This document shows positions 30,507 through 44,415 of a stretch of 64,000 nucleotides of DNA, piece after piece. The position numbers were made by a program, and so were the translations under genes. Every line of letters starts with the position of its first letter. The first letter of the stretch is position 1. The notes under the pieces are model-generated. The model had not been told where the DNA came from. It ran no database searches and saw only the letters and a list, made by a program, of their open reading frames with translations. Location: assembly GCA_012295275.1 (NCBI GenBank), contig CM022674.1, forward strand, positions 7,626,001 to 7,690,000, given 5' to 3'. Source of the DNA: Chrysomallon squamiferum. Its lineage: Eukaryota > Animalia > Mollusca.

Positions 30507-31757
30507 AGTGTCGAGCTAACGAACCATGAATCAGAGTCACAGGAGAAGAGATCGTTTGATTCCATAAATGGCCACAGCGGACTTTCCGGATTCGCAAAGA
30601 AGTCGTTTGATTCTATAAATGGCCACAGCGGACTTTCCGGATTCGCAAAGAAGTCGTTTGATTCTATAAATGGCCACAGCGGACTTTCCGGATTCGCAAA
30701 GAAATCGTTTGATTCTATAAATGGCCACAGCGGACTTTCCGGATTCGCAAAGAAATCGTTTGATTCTATAAATGGCCACAGCGGACTTTCCGGATTCGCA
30801 AAGAGATCGTTTGATTCCATAAATGGTCACAGCGGACTTTCCGGATTTGCCAAGAAGTCGTTTGATTCCATAAACGGTCACAGCGGACTTTCCGGATTCG
30901 CAAAGAAGTCGTTTGATTCCATAAATGGTCACAGCGGACTTTCCGGATTCGCAAAGAGATCGTTTGATTCCATAAATGGTCACAGCGGACTTTCCGGATT
31001 TGCCAAGAAGTCGTTTGATTCCATAAACGGTCACAGCGGACTTTCCGGATTCGCAAAGAAGTCGTTTGATTCCATAAATGGCCACAGCGGACTTTCCGGA
31101 TTCGCAAAGAAGTCGTTTGATTCCATAAATGGCCACAGCGGACTTTCCGGATTCGCAAAGAAGTCGTTTGATTCCATAAATGGCCACAGCGGACTTTCCG
31201 GATTCGCAAAGAAGTCGTTTGATTCCATAAATGGCCACAGCGGACTTTCCGGATTCGCAAAGAAGTCGTTTGATTCCATAAATGGCCACAGCGGACTTTC
31301 CGGATTCGCAAAGAGATCGTTTGATTCTATAGATGGTCACAGAGGACTTTCTGGATTCGCTAGGCGTTCATTTGATTCAATCAATGGAAACAGTGGACTC
31401 TCAGGATTTGCTAAGCGCCCATTTGATTCTATTAACGGGTACAGTGGTTTGTCCGGATTCGCTAGAAGGTCGTTCGATTCCATAAATGGCAACAGCGGTC
31501 TTTCCGGATTTGCAAAGAAGTCTTTTGACTCCATCAACGGTAATAGCGGATTATCCGGATTTGCAAAGAAGTCTTTTGACTCCATCAACGGAAACAGCGG
31601 GTTATCCGGATTTGCAAAGAAGTCTTTTGACTCCATCAACGGTAATAGCGGATTATCCGGATTTGCAAAGAAGTCATTTGACCCCATCAACGGTAATAGC
31701 GGATTATCCGGGTTTGTAAAACGGGAAGCTGAAGTGGTTGACGGAACCGAGTCGTAG
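30507..31757 (+). CDS. Pedal peptide/orcokinin-type neuropeptide precursor exon 2 (23 peptide copies)
   Basis: Acceptor tttgtttctttcacag|AGT. Acidic spacer, then 23 x 51-bp units encoding 15-mers bounded by KK/KR/RR: 15x SFDSINGHSGLSGFA, 5x SFDSINGNSGLSGFA, 1x each SFDSIDGHRGLSGFA, PFDSINGYSGLSGFA, SFDPINGNSGLSGFV; tail EAEVVDGTES*. Matches the molluscan pedal-peptide pattern (Aplysia Pep PLDSVYGTHGMSGFA). Spliced product is 443 aa. Confidence 0.93.
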   Translation, partial: SVELTNHESESQEKRSFDSINGHSGLSGFAKKSFDSINGHSGLSGFAKKSFDSINGHSGLSGFAKKSFDSINGHSGLSGFAKKSFDSINGHSGLSGFAKRSFDSINGHSGLSGFAKKSFDSINGHSGLSGFAKKSFDSINGHSGLSGFAKRSFDSINGHSGLSGFAKKSFDSINGHSGLSGFAKKSFDSINGHSGLSGFAKKSFDSINGHSGLSGFAKKSFDSINGHSGLSGFAKKSFDSINGHSGLSGFAKKSFDSINGHSGLSGFAKRSFDSIDGHRGLSGFARRSFDSINGNSGLSGFAKRPFDSINGYSGLSGFARRSFDSINGNSGLSGFAKKSFDSINGNSGLSGFAKKSFDSINGNSGLSGFAKKSFDSINGNSGLSGFAKKSFDPINGNSGLSGFVKREAEVVDGTES

Positions 31758-31861
31758 ACGAATCAAACAAACTGAATTTTAGATACACAAAGTGGACATT
31801 GTTAACTTTTCAAACACAACATGCTTTATTTAGCTCAGAAAATTATCTTTTTATGGATGGA

Positions 31862-31867
31862 AATAAA
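31862..31867 (+). terminator. Candidate proximal polyadenylation signal of the pedal-peptide gene
   Basis: AATAAA about 105 bp after the stop codon, retained in the second copy near 63736. More distal signals also exist. Confidence 0.35.
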
Positions 31868-32282
31868 GTAAAAGAAAACCTCTTGAATTCGGTTAAATTG
31901 TTCACTTAGTGGTCAGTTTAAGAGACATTTTGCAGTGAACGTGATCAGTGACAGCATTTCAATTTATCTTTAGTTTTGTTTCACGTTAGCTCATGTCATA
32001 AGTACAAATATTAATACAGTTTAAATAAATATTGAATACGTAATGAAATACATAATACATATTAATACTTATTAAATTATTATTAAATTCATAATGAATG
32101 TTATATACATAACATAACAGTTTTACATAGCATAAACAACTTAACTGATTCTGATGTTTGAAAATTTCATAAAATATTGCACACAAAACGTTTTACTGCG
32201 AGCGTCTTCTTTTGTTCTTTATTTACAAATGTCTGTTGGTTTTATTTTATTTAATTTTTAAAAATGTTTGCCTCTCCATGTA

Positions 32283-32334
<52 letters not shown>

Positions 32335-32474
32335 TTTTTTTATATTAATTATATATTTAGTTTCCTAAAGTTTTTTTTGTGTCTTGACAATTGATTTTTT
32401 AAACCTGACTTTCTGTCTGTTTGTCAGTTGCTTTGCCTTTTTTAACCTGTCTAAACCTATGTCTGCAGATCAGA

Positions 32475-32820
32475 TGAATGTCTGTATATGTTTGTAAATA
32501 TGTCTGTCTATATGAATGTCTGTATGTTTGTAAATATGTCTGTCTATATGAATGTCTGTATATGTTTGTAAATATGTCCGTCTGTATGTTTGTTTGTAAA
32601 TATGTCTGTCTATATGAATGTCTGTATATGTTTGTAAATATGTCTGTCTGTATGAATGTCTGTATATGTTTGTAAATATGTCTGTCTATGTCAATATCTG
32701 TATGTATGTTTGTAAATATGTCTGTCTGTATGAATGTCTGTATGTATGTTTATAAATATGTCTGTCTATGTCAGTATCTGTATGTATGTTTGTAAATATG
32801 TCTGTCTGTATGTATGTCTG
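32475..32820. repeat. 36-40-bp TATG/TCTG-based minisatellite
   Basis: ATGAATGTCTGTATATGTTTGTAAATATGTCTGTCTAT repeats. Confidence 0.85.
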
Positions 32821-34077
32821 GAGGTCTGTATTATATATGTATATATATCTGTAAAGGTGTCTGTCTTTATGAACGCATTATTTGTGCGTATTAATCACTA
32901 CTAATTACACACTAAATAATCTATTAAAACATGACACCACAGTACTCGTGGTTTTCAGAACAATACATCGGAATACGCTTTATCATTTGTCGAGACTGGA
33001 ATCTCAAACAAACGTACTGAAGTTATTTTAATAACACAGCGCTGTTGGCTAATTTTGTTATATTGTTAACCGAAGGAATAAAATTTAGAAAAAGCGTTTA
33101 ACAAATTTCGTCATTGTTTGTCAAATAATTTCAATTCATAATATAAATTGCTTATTTTGTGATATAATAAATTTCACTTCTTTGGGGCCTTAGACAAATT
33201 TATAACAGACACGTTGAATAACAAGAAATGTTTTTTTACAAATTTATGAAGAATGTTACGCCTACATTTCTTACCAAAGCTACCACCACTTCAGTAACAA
33301 CAAATTGTGTCGGTCATTCCACTTAAATAAACACTGGTAATGCTGCTGCAGCTGCTGCTGCTTCTACTACTACTACTACTACTGCTACTACTGTTAGTAA
33401 TCTTTGTACTACTACCACCAGTACTGCAACTACTGCTAATGCTAACCACTACTGTTAGCAGTACTCTAAGAAACACAACAGCAACAGCAACAACATCAAC
33501 TACTATACCGCAACTACTATTACTATTTCTACTACTATAAGGAAAACAACAACAAATATTGCTATTTTTGCTGCTACTACTACTAATTCTACTACATCTA
33601 CTATTACTACTACTACAACCACTGTTGCTACCACTCTTACAACTACTGCTGCTATTGCTGCTTTTACTAGTACTGCTATTGCTACTACTATTACTACTAT
33701 ATTAACCTACTACAGCTACTATTATTATTACTACCACTGTAAGAAAAACCACAACAACAAATACCACATACTACTACTACAACTACTACTACTTCTACTA
33801 GTAATTATAGTAGCAGCAGAAGCAGAAGCAGTATTACAAAACATCAACCAACGACCTAATAAAACTTCTACAACTATTACTATTACTAAACGTTAACGTA
33901 ATAAAACTTAATAACTGTTAAAACTTCAATCACGGATCTAGTAAAACGTAATGCCGACAACCTAGTAAAACTTCAATCAATAACGTCGTAAAATTTCAAC
34001 CACTAAAGAACAGCACTGAAAGTTAAAAGGGAACATAAAAGAAACACTAACTAAATAAACTGTGTGTGTGTGTGTGT

Positions 34078-34196
<119 letters not shown>

Positions 34197-34269
34197 ATTT
34201 GTTACAGGAAATACGCATAATACCTGAAAATTTCAGAAAATATGTGTAATGTCAGATTCATTCAGCAAA

Positions 34270-34810
34270 CTGTTAATGTAATGGCTGCAAGTAGATCATC
34301 CTCTGACACCAATCGATGGAGAATTTCAGGAAGAAGGTTAGATGATGACAGGCCAAAGCGAGGACCAGAACCCAACAGTGCTGCAAATGCGGAACATTTA
34401 ATTTCTCTTTGAAGGCTGTAGTTCTTCTGAAACTGAACAAATTTTAGTCCAACAGTCCATTTAGCTTTTGCTATTATGTCCCAACACACAAACAAACGTG
34501 TCCTTCATGTCAAAGTTTGCTATTTCTACAGACTCTTGGTTCTCTAGATCAGGGGTTTTCAAACTTTTTGACTTGCGGACCCCTTTATATTTCAGGCTTT
34601 ACCTTAGGGACCCCATTATAAACGCTTATGAAATTTATAATAAATATTTGCTTAAAAAACATATATAAAATCAAACTGCCCATAAAAAGTATTCGCTGTC
34701 CACGGACCCCCTGTCTTGTACTTGCGGACCCCCTGTGGTCCGCGGACCACAGTTTGAAAACCCCTGCTCTAGATTCCATGTTTCCCCTGGATCATCACAA
34801 ACTTTAGTCA
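34270..34810 (-). mobile_element. Decayed DDE integrase fragment (Ginger2 / KRBA2-SCAND3-like) interrupted by the hAT MITE
   Basis: After removing the MITE the - strand reads ...QESVEIANFDMKDTF / VCWDIIAKAKWTVGLKFVQFQKNYSLQREIKCSAFAALLGSGPRFGLSSSNLLPEILHRLVSEDDLL, resembling the SQGSVERAN...KWxxGLxFVQFxKN...IKxSPYxAxFG...GL motif of that family. Frameshifted. Confidence 0.7.
34550..34766. mobile_element. Non-autonomous hAT (Charlie/Buster-type) MITE, 217 bp
   Basis: Perfect 16-bp TIRs CAGGGGTTTTCAAACT / AGTTTGAAAACCCCTG, perfect 8-bp TSD CTCTAGAT with central TA, internal GCGGACCCC motifs. Confidence 0.95.
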
Positions 34811-35624
34811 TATTATTTTTAGTTTAGTGATTATTCATATTTCTTGATAATACATATATACATACACACGTACATATGTACATATATACATACATATATA
34901 TATATATATAACTCATACCAGTAAACCCATACAGACATACACACATACACACAAACAAATTAAGTGATACTACTGGAAAAAAAGAATGTTTTTAATTTTT
35001 GGTAGTAATGCTATTGAAAATCTGTAATTCTTTCTGGTTGAATGGTAAAGAATAGGACACTTTTCGTGATAATACAACACGGTCACTTTATTCGTGAAGA
35101 AGAAGAAATGTCAGAAAGAGGAAATGACTTACTCAAGATTTTTATTATTTCTGATTAGAAAATGGCGTGACATTTATTTTATAGATTGCTGGACGAATTA
35201 TTGCAGTGTACTTTTCGAAAATTTAGCAATCAGTAAAAATTAAAGGCCACTTTTAATATTATCTGATGGAATTTTAGAAACAACAGCAACAATAACAACA
35301 AAACTTTACTAAAACAAACACATTTTTGTTATTCCCAAAAAAAAAAACAACAACAAAAAAAAAAAAAACATGTAAAAGTAGATTCCGAGAAACATCAGTT
35401 TATTTAAAAAGTTATTTTCTGTTATCAACATGAAGAACGGAACAAGAACAACAACGACGTCGACAACTATCACAACAACAACAATAATAATATTGACAAC
35501 AACAAGCATGAAGACAATGATGATAGCAAAATGGTTGTAACAACGAAAACAACAATAATCGAACCATACCGTATCAGTTCGTCCGGTGGTTGTAACCCAC
35601 CTCATATCGATTTCGATAAATATA

Positions 35625-35636
35625 GTACTACTACTT

Positions 35637-35696
<60 letters not shown>

Positions 35697-35697
35697 T

Positions 35698-35780
<83 letters not shown>

Positions 35781-37045
35781 TTACTACTACTACTACTATT
35801 ACTACTACTACTACTACTACTAAATACTACTACTACTACTATTACTACTACTACAGCTACTACTACTACTACTACTACTATTACTACTACTACTATACTA
35901 CTACTACTACTACTACTTAATAATAATAATAATAATATCCTATGATCATTGCATTACTACTACTACTGATTAATACTACTACTACACTAACTGATGTGTG
36001 ATGATTAATGCTACACACTAACTGGTCTGTGATGATTAATAACTAATACACACTAACTGATTTGTGATGATTACTACAACTAATACTACTAACTATGTGT
36101 CATGATTAATAACAGTAATACACACTAACTGATGTGTCATGATTAATAACAGTACTATTAACTGATGTTACTGATTACTAATTACAGTAACTGATGTGTG
36201 ATGATTAACAGTAATACTAACTGATGTGTGATGATTAACAACAAATAATACACACTAACTGGTCTATTGATGATTAATTAACTGGTCTGTGATAACTACT
36301 AAAACTACTAACTGATTTGTGATGATTACTAACTACTACTACTAACTGATTTGTGATGATTACTAATACACACTAACTGGTCTGTGATAATTAATAAAAT
36401 AATATCTGATTTGTGATGATTAATAACTGTTTCCAGACTGGTAGGTGATGATTAATAACAGTAATACACACTAACTGATGTGTGATGATTAATAACAGTA
36501 ATGATTAACACACTAACTGATGTGTGATGATTAATAACAGTAATACACATTAACTGATGTGTGATTATTAATAACAGTAATACACACTAACTGATGTGTG
36601 ATGATTAATAACAGTAATACACACTAACTCTAATGCACATTAACTGATGTGTGATTATTAATAACAGTAATACACACTAACTGATGTGTGATGATTAATA
36701 AAAGTAATACACACTGATGTGTGATGATTAATAACAGTAATACACACTAACTGATGTGTGATGATTAATAAAAGTAATACACACTAACTGATGTGTGATG
36801 ATTAATAACTCTAATACACACTAACTGGTCTGTGATGATTAATAACTCTAATACACTAACTGGTCTGTGATGATTAATAACAGTAATACACATTAACTGG
36901 TCTGTGATGATTAATAACTCTAATACACACTAACTGATCTGTGATGATTAATAACTCTAATACACACTAACTGGTCTGTGATGATTAATAACTCTAATAC
37001 ACACTAACTGGTCTGTGATGATTCAAACTAGCAGTACACACTAAC
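35625..37045. repeat. (TAC)n microsatellite grading into a 37-bp minisatellite
   Basis: (TAC)n 35625-35915, then ATAACAGTAATACACACTAACTGATGTGTGATGATTA units to ~37045. Confidence 0.9.
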
Positions 37046-37607
37046 TCTGAGGCAAGAAGAATACTACGTCACGTAAAAGCTGTTTTAAACTTAAACGAAA
37101 ATAAATAATTAGCTAGAATGAATTATAACGTTACTTGCATCGAATCAACACAGGATCATAGACGTGATTGGAGATTTTATTTCGGAAATCGATTTTGTTC
37201 TAATTAGTAGAACCAGAAATCCTCTACACGAATATATTATATATATCACCTTCATATATATTATAAAATAGTACTTTCATCTTCAGAAGTATTACATGTA
37301 GAACTTTTATCTTTAAATATGTCACATAGTATCTTCCTCTTCACATATACCATATCTAATGTTTAAATCTTTAAATATATTACATAATTAAATACATCAT
37401 ATATAGTACCTTCATCTTTAAATATCTCATATACAGTACCTTCGCCTTAAATATACCATATCTTGTGTTTAAATCTTTAAATATATCATATCTATTGTCT
37501 ATATCTTTAAATATATCATAAGATGTGTCTATGTCCTCAAATACATCACATGTAATATATAAACTCCACATTTATCTTTTAATATGACATACGAAGTGCG
37601 TACATCA

Positions 37608-37642
<35 letters not shown>

Positions 37643-38314
37643 GCACATGTAATATGTTTTTAAAGGCAGGATTCTACAGATGGTTCTGTTATCTCTCTGT
37701 GATTTCTGATATTCAGCCAGCTGAAGAGAAAGAATTGTTTGTTCACTGGTTTGGAAATAATGTCCACATTTCGCGCAGTTTTCCTAAGGCAAAACGCCTC
37801 GTGGTTCGGAACTGTTTCATATTGCGCTTCGTCAAGCAAATTCGTGAACGCTCTCGCTTCCTCTTCAAAGAGAACTTGCCAATTACGTTTGTAACCGGAG
37901 CTGTTAATGGCATGTCAACTAAGTCCGGAATCGGCAGGTCACTGCCTTAATTTGGAGTCAAATTGCGAAAGAGGACATCTATTAGTTGCGACCAAACTAA
38001 TTAGTCCTGGTCGAGCTCAGATAGGCGGTATTAATTAAAGAGGGACCCTGAGCTCATCTTCTGACCTCTTTTGTTAAAGTTCAGATGGATGTTAGCACAC
38101 TGTTGTCATCGATCTCTGTGGTTTACAGAAAGCGGGGACAATATGGTCTAAGCGGCGCGGATTAATCTATGAAGTGGAGTCAATGAATAGATTGCTATCA
38201 AAACAGTCTTCTGCTCCACCTTAACCGTCTCTGTGGTGAACAGGTCATTATTTTTATTATTATTATTGTTGTTGTTGTTGTTCCTCTGCTCCTTCTTCTT
38301 CTTCTTCTTCTTGT

Positions 38315-38610
38315 AATATGTGTTATATTTAATTACAGTGTATTATGTGTTATATTTAATTAGTGTAATACGTGTGATATTTAATTACAGTGTGATGTGT
38401 GTGTTTTAATTACAGTGAAATGTGCTATTTTTAATTACGTGTAATATATGTTACATTTAGTTACAGGTGTAATATGTGTTATTTTTAATTACAGTCTAAT
38501 GTGTTGTTTTTAATGACAGTGTAATATATGTTATTTTTAATTACAGTGTTATGTGTTAGTTTTAATTACAGTGTAATATGTATCATATTTAGTAACAATT
38601 TGATGTGTGT
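38315..38610. repeat. ~28-bp minisatellite
   Basis: TTTAATTACAGTGTAATATGTGTTATAT degenerate copies. Confidence 0.8.
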
Positions 38611-38697
38611 TATATTTGATATCAATGTTTACGTATTACTTTAAATACCATCAAAATACATACAATGTTCTATATTTTCAACAATGATTAACATAGT

Positions 38698-38789
<92 letters not shown>

Positions 38790-41700
38790 GGAGGTAGGGT
38801 GGTTAAATGAACCTCTAAAATATAACCACTACAACGAAGACATCTGTGAGACAACGACAACAGCGGCCACTTCCTACTGCACAGTGAAAGCGAACAACGC
38901 CAGAGGTGACTGATAATCGATGTATTCTGAACAAGAATTGCTTCAAGCATTTCACTTACAGCGATTTGCAATTTTGCCACCAACAATGAGTGTTCAAAAA
39001 AAAACACCAAACAACAAGAGTTAAATGACTGCGCCAAACTGTTGATGATCGACATCGTTACAACTAATAAAGAATTAACCCTTTTCAGCTTGTAACACGA
39101 ACCCAAGACAAATCGACCGCTGTCTGTGCGGAATATGTCTGACACACAGACTGAGGGAGGGTTTACAAACAATCCTGATACTTAGTTTTTCACATTCCTA
39201 CAATGTGCCCACCCCTCCGTATGGAAATTGATAAAAACGTGTTAGCACAAACCCTGACCGGTTCGATACCTTTACTAAAAAAAAAATAATATTAATAAAA
39301 AGATATCTTACCACCTCGAGATGAATATCTAACGTCTTATAATTTAAAATAAATTTTTAAACAGTCACTTCAAAAAAGTCGCTTAAATGTTGGTCGTTAC
39401 AGTAAAAAGACAATGCAACAGCGCTGTAGTCTTTTAATAAGTATACATTTTGTCACACTAAATTATACAGATTTGGTTGTTTTTTTTAATAAAAATTTTG
39501 AAGATTGGTACTGTTATTTTTTTTTTATTAAAGTGTGGAAACTTTCTTTTGGTTTTTAGTGCTGTTTTGTAAAAAAAAATTAAAAATTAAAAAAAAAATT
39601 AAAAAAAAGATTTTAATTGCTCTAAATATAGAAAATCTCTCTTGATCTTTAAGAAAATAAGAAATTATTTTATTTCTTTACTGTTGCCAAAAAAGAACCC
39701 AACATACTCTAAGTGTAAAATTTCTTATTTTGCACACATTTAAGAAAATAAGATTTTTGGTATTTTTGTTTTTTAAACATTCTTTTTAAACATGCTTTTA
39801 GCATTCAAAATATTAAGATTTTGTTTTGGACTCTTTTAAGAAACACAATTTTTATTTATTGCAATTAAAAAAAATATTTAAAAAATTAAAATCTTTAACT
39901 GTTGAAATTATATTTTTGTTGTATTTTTTATTCATACTAAAAACAACTCTATGTGTAGAAAATTTCACTTGCTTGTGTTTTTAATTTTTATTTATTATTA
40001 CTAAGAAATATACTTTATTATTAACTTTAGAAATGTTTGCTTTTTCCCGATCAGTCCTTTTTAACAAACATTCTCTGTCTTCCATCATCAGTTTGAAATT
40101 TTTATGCGTTTTCTTATTTTTGCCTTAGAATTAATTTTTTCTTTTGTTCTTCTTGCAGCTGAAGTAGAACAATATGAAGTAATATTTTGATAGTTGTTGG
40201 AGGTAGTGGTGGTTGTGGTGATGGTGTTATAATTGTTGTTATTACTTAACAGAACATTCTGTCTAGAAGCTCTATAATTTAATAAAGAAAAATTTAAAAA
40301 AAAAGTGATAACATAAAATAAATGAATGAATGAATAATAAAAAAGTAATAAATAATAATTATAATTAAAAAATAATAAAATAAAATAAAGTGTAATAGAT
40401 GTTTCCAATGTTTTTAAAGAAACTTATATATATAGTATCACTTGTACTAGAAAGTTGGTTTTATGTTACAATTGCTTTTCATGTTACAACTCATCTATTT
40501 TTACCTGTTCTTCCTTTGTTTCTTCAAACTGTTTAATGAAAAAAAAAAAAAAAAAAAAACATTCTACTTAAAAATATGTATGTACACAGATTATGTATGT
40601 ATATTTTATGAATTTACATACACAAACACATATACGAACATATCTACATATCTATATAATACTTAAATAATTCCTACATAATACAAATATATTTACATAC
40701 ATACACAGATATACCTATTATTTATAATAAATAATCTGAGGAAAGGAAATATTTTTTGAATATTCTAAGATAATAAAGATATCAGTCAGCTTACGGTGTG
40801 ACAGCCAGTGACAGTTCAAGTTCAGCTTTGCTAGATTCAAATTTCTTGATATCGTCTGATGCTTGTTGAACATGATTAATACTGTTCACTTGCTGAAGAT
40901 TTAACTTAGGAGTAGATAACTGTGGACGCTTGTCTTTTTCCCCCGTATCTCTTACTGTGCTGTCTTACAGCACATGGTAACTTACTATGTTTTATTATTG
41001 TCAAATAAAGATGCATTTTATATGACTCGAAAGACATTCAATCCTAAATATAAAACAAAAAAAACACAAACAAGTTTGAAGATATCTAAAATATTGACAA
41101 AAATATCATATTTCAAAGTTGTCAAAAATCCACACTCCGATCGTAGACATCAATATTTTTTTTTTTTTTTTTTTTTAAAGTGAACCTTAAGTCACAAAAA
41201 CCTTATTTCAAGAGACATCTTTATCAAGTTTGCATGATCTATTTAGTAAAGTTTTCTCTTTATAAAGAACTTCATAGCGTTAGTCTTATTGAATTAAATA
41301 CTATGTTTTTTGGCCTGTTTCAATCAGTGTATAACGAACGCGATGATTCTTGAGTAAGAGTTGTTGGTGGTGAATAGATAATTTGCCAATTATTTTCATA
41401 TTTACTTCTACAGGCGATAAATATAGAGTTGTCTTTCCTGGCGTGTTATTTTCCATGGATTAGATTTTATCGCTTCACTTCAAATGGTTCTTAAATTAGC
41501 ATGGACCAACAGGAACGATAACTCGTAATGGCACAAATTGCTTCTGCTAAAAAAAATAAAAATAAAAATAAATAAAAAGTCTACAAATTTCTCCAGTTTA
41601 ATGGGTACAAACTATGCCTGAATATTCTTTTCTGAGGGGTTCTGACATCGGGAACATTGCCAACTAGAAAAGTGAATTCATTAATCTTATAACAAATTAT

Positions 41701-42023
41701 AATTTCAGTTTATTATGCACGCATTTGCACAAAAATAGTCGTTTGAAAAGTTCGATTAAGTTGAAAAAGTAGTTAGGAAAAGTATCATACATCATGGTTT
41801 GATAATATGAACAATCGTCCTTACCTTTACTAGTGTAAATAATAAATAATTCTGGAAATGAAAGTAATTTTTAATTTTTTTTTTTTTTTTTCAAATATTA
41901 TTACGACGTCGTAATAAATAAATAAAATAAAATGAAACAAAAACAAAAACAAAAACAAAAACAAAATAATTTTCAAGAGACATGACTATTTTCATTAGGT
42001 ACCATAATGTGCACAGTTCGGAG

Positions 42024-42075
<52 letters not shown>

Positions 42076-42433
42076 TACACATATATATTAATAATATTAT
42101 TGATTTCCATTTTCAATGCATTAGAGGTCATAGTTACATGTAAAAAGCAAATTAATCATGTGTTATATGGATGACTGCCCTGATACATTCATTATAGAGC
42201 TTGATACCAGTTTTAGAACAGAATGTTTTTTTTTTTTTTTTTTTTTCTTTTTTTTTTTTTTTTTAAAGGTCTGTCAAATTGCTTCTGCTGTACAAAACAA
42301 AAAGCATTCATCTTCTAAAACCTCTACTATTAAGTATCCAACAATCAGTTACAATGGACAATCATTGGACCATGTTACTTAAATAAATACCGAGGTTATT
42401 TGTCAAACACCTTTTAGAATGTTCCATTTAAAT

Positions 42434-42716
42434 CATAGGTTTTCAATCTGGGGGTCACCAGCCTTTTTTCTGGGGTTCGCGAGATCGTCCTTGAGCGAGG
42501 GTGTTTTAGTTTTTTTCAACTTGACTTGGAAGGAGGAATAAGTAAAAACATATAGATTGGTTTGGGACCCGTTATGGTGAATATAGATTCATTTTGTACT
42601 GTCTTTGGTTGATGAAAATATGGTAACCCTAGATATTATTGAATCAAAAAATTTAAAGGAGGTCATATTGAATTGCTCATAAGGGGTCGCGGTATGAAAA
42701 AGGTTGAAAACCAGTG
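42434..42716. mobile_element. Older non-autonomous hAT MITE, 283 bp
   Basis: Imperfect TIRs CATAGGTTTTCAATCT / AGGTTGAAAACCAGTG (13/16) and perfect 8-bp TSD ATTTAAAT. Confidence 0.85.
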
Positions 42717-44415
42717 ATTTAAATAATCTAACAAGCCTAATGGACCGTTTTTATTTTATACTTTTTTCTAACATTCAGTTATTTTTTCTTATTTCCGTTA
42801 TTCACTTTATCTTCAGATTTTCAATTACGCCTTTATAAGAAATGCCCCTAACAAATTAAACTGACATTTGAATTCATTCTAGTTTTAAACATAGAGTAAA
42901 TTATCGTTACATTTGTAGGTCGGGAATTCGCCCATTTCTGAAAAAAGTGGCAGACAGCGCCACTAACGGCCGTCAGCTTTGCTACTTCACCGCGCCGTTT
43001 AGTTTTGTACTGATGAAATCAAACACTACGAGTACTGTAGTTTTTCAGTCGCCTTTAGATTAGTTTTCTTCATAAAATACAACCATCAGAGTTAATAATA
43101 ATAGTAATAAAATATTGTAAATTGTGATTTTGTTTTACAGGATTCATTATAATTATTTCTATACTGTCTAATCAGTCACATTAGTCGAAGGATTACAGTA
43201 CACTTTCAAATTTCTTTCTATTCACATAACTTGGCTGTGGTGACACTAAGCTTAATTAAATAACATTAACCTATGATTTGTTGGCAGTTTTAATTTCTCA
43301 GCAGGTAAAAAATAAATAAATAAATAATAATAACAGTAATCACGATACCCATGAAATAACAACAAAACCACTGCAATGAACCTCACAACTTTAATTTTGT
43401 TTGTATAATTATTTATTATAATTCACAAACAATTACTAGAAGTGTTACAACTGTCACAGTTAATTCTACATATGATCTCAACTATTGTTCAACCATAAGT
43501 AATATCACTACAAGTTATTAAGATTATATAATATTCCTATTAAAAATATATATGTATATAAAATATAGATAAAATTCTTATTGAAAGAAAAAGTAAATTA
43601 GCAACATTTTATTCTGAATAAGATTCAAGTCTAATAGCTTGGAGTAAAACTATACTCAAATCCTATTAAAACACTTTTATTAAAAAATAAATAAAGATCC
43701 ACTTACACTGAAGCTGTTAAAGTAAATGCTTTAAATAAGATCACACAGAAAAACCACTATTAAAAGCAACAGCTCATTATGAAGTCATTCCTATAAACAA
43801 AAGTAGAAATATTTGATGTTGATGTGGAGATGTCCAGAACATCATCTGCTTTCTACAATATCCTTTTTTTAAATATCACCTTCATATATGTTTGTGTTCA
43901 TCGACTGAATAAAGATAAATATTTTTATAGTACATGCTCAAGTGTATCAAAGAGAAAACTATGAAAATTACAAAGCGTTTGATTGTTGTGATGTTCTAAC
44001 TAAAAAATATAATTTTCTGTCTTTCTACAAAGTACATGTCAGAAATTTCGTCATACAAATAATTCTGAATTACAGTGTAATTAGTTTTAGAAAATATAAT
44101 TTTTGAAATATTACTTTAAGTGAAAAACTTCAATAATTGGTTGAAAGTTTCTCTTGTTCCTGTTTAAAACAACAGATTTAAAATATAAATGATTACTACT
44201 ACACCAGTTGTATATTGTCTTAATAAAATTAATCTTCATCATTGTTAACTTTAAATATCATACTGATATTGATTTTGTATCATCTTTCATCTTAGTAATC
44301 TATTTTATTAATGTCTTTAATGAAATGTAAGTTAACAACACCTTATATTTACACTTTATTTTCATCACATTATTATAAACAAGAGTTCAACCAGATATGT
44401 TGTGTCTATCTGTCA

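Noticed and set aside
30458-31719. Long antisense and alternative-frame ORFs over the peptide array (e.g. 267 aa on -)
   Set aside because: By-product of a 51-bp repeat unit that lacks stops in several frames; variation is synonymous in the + peptide frame.
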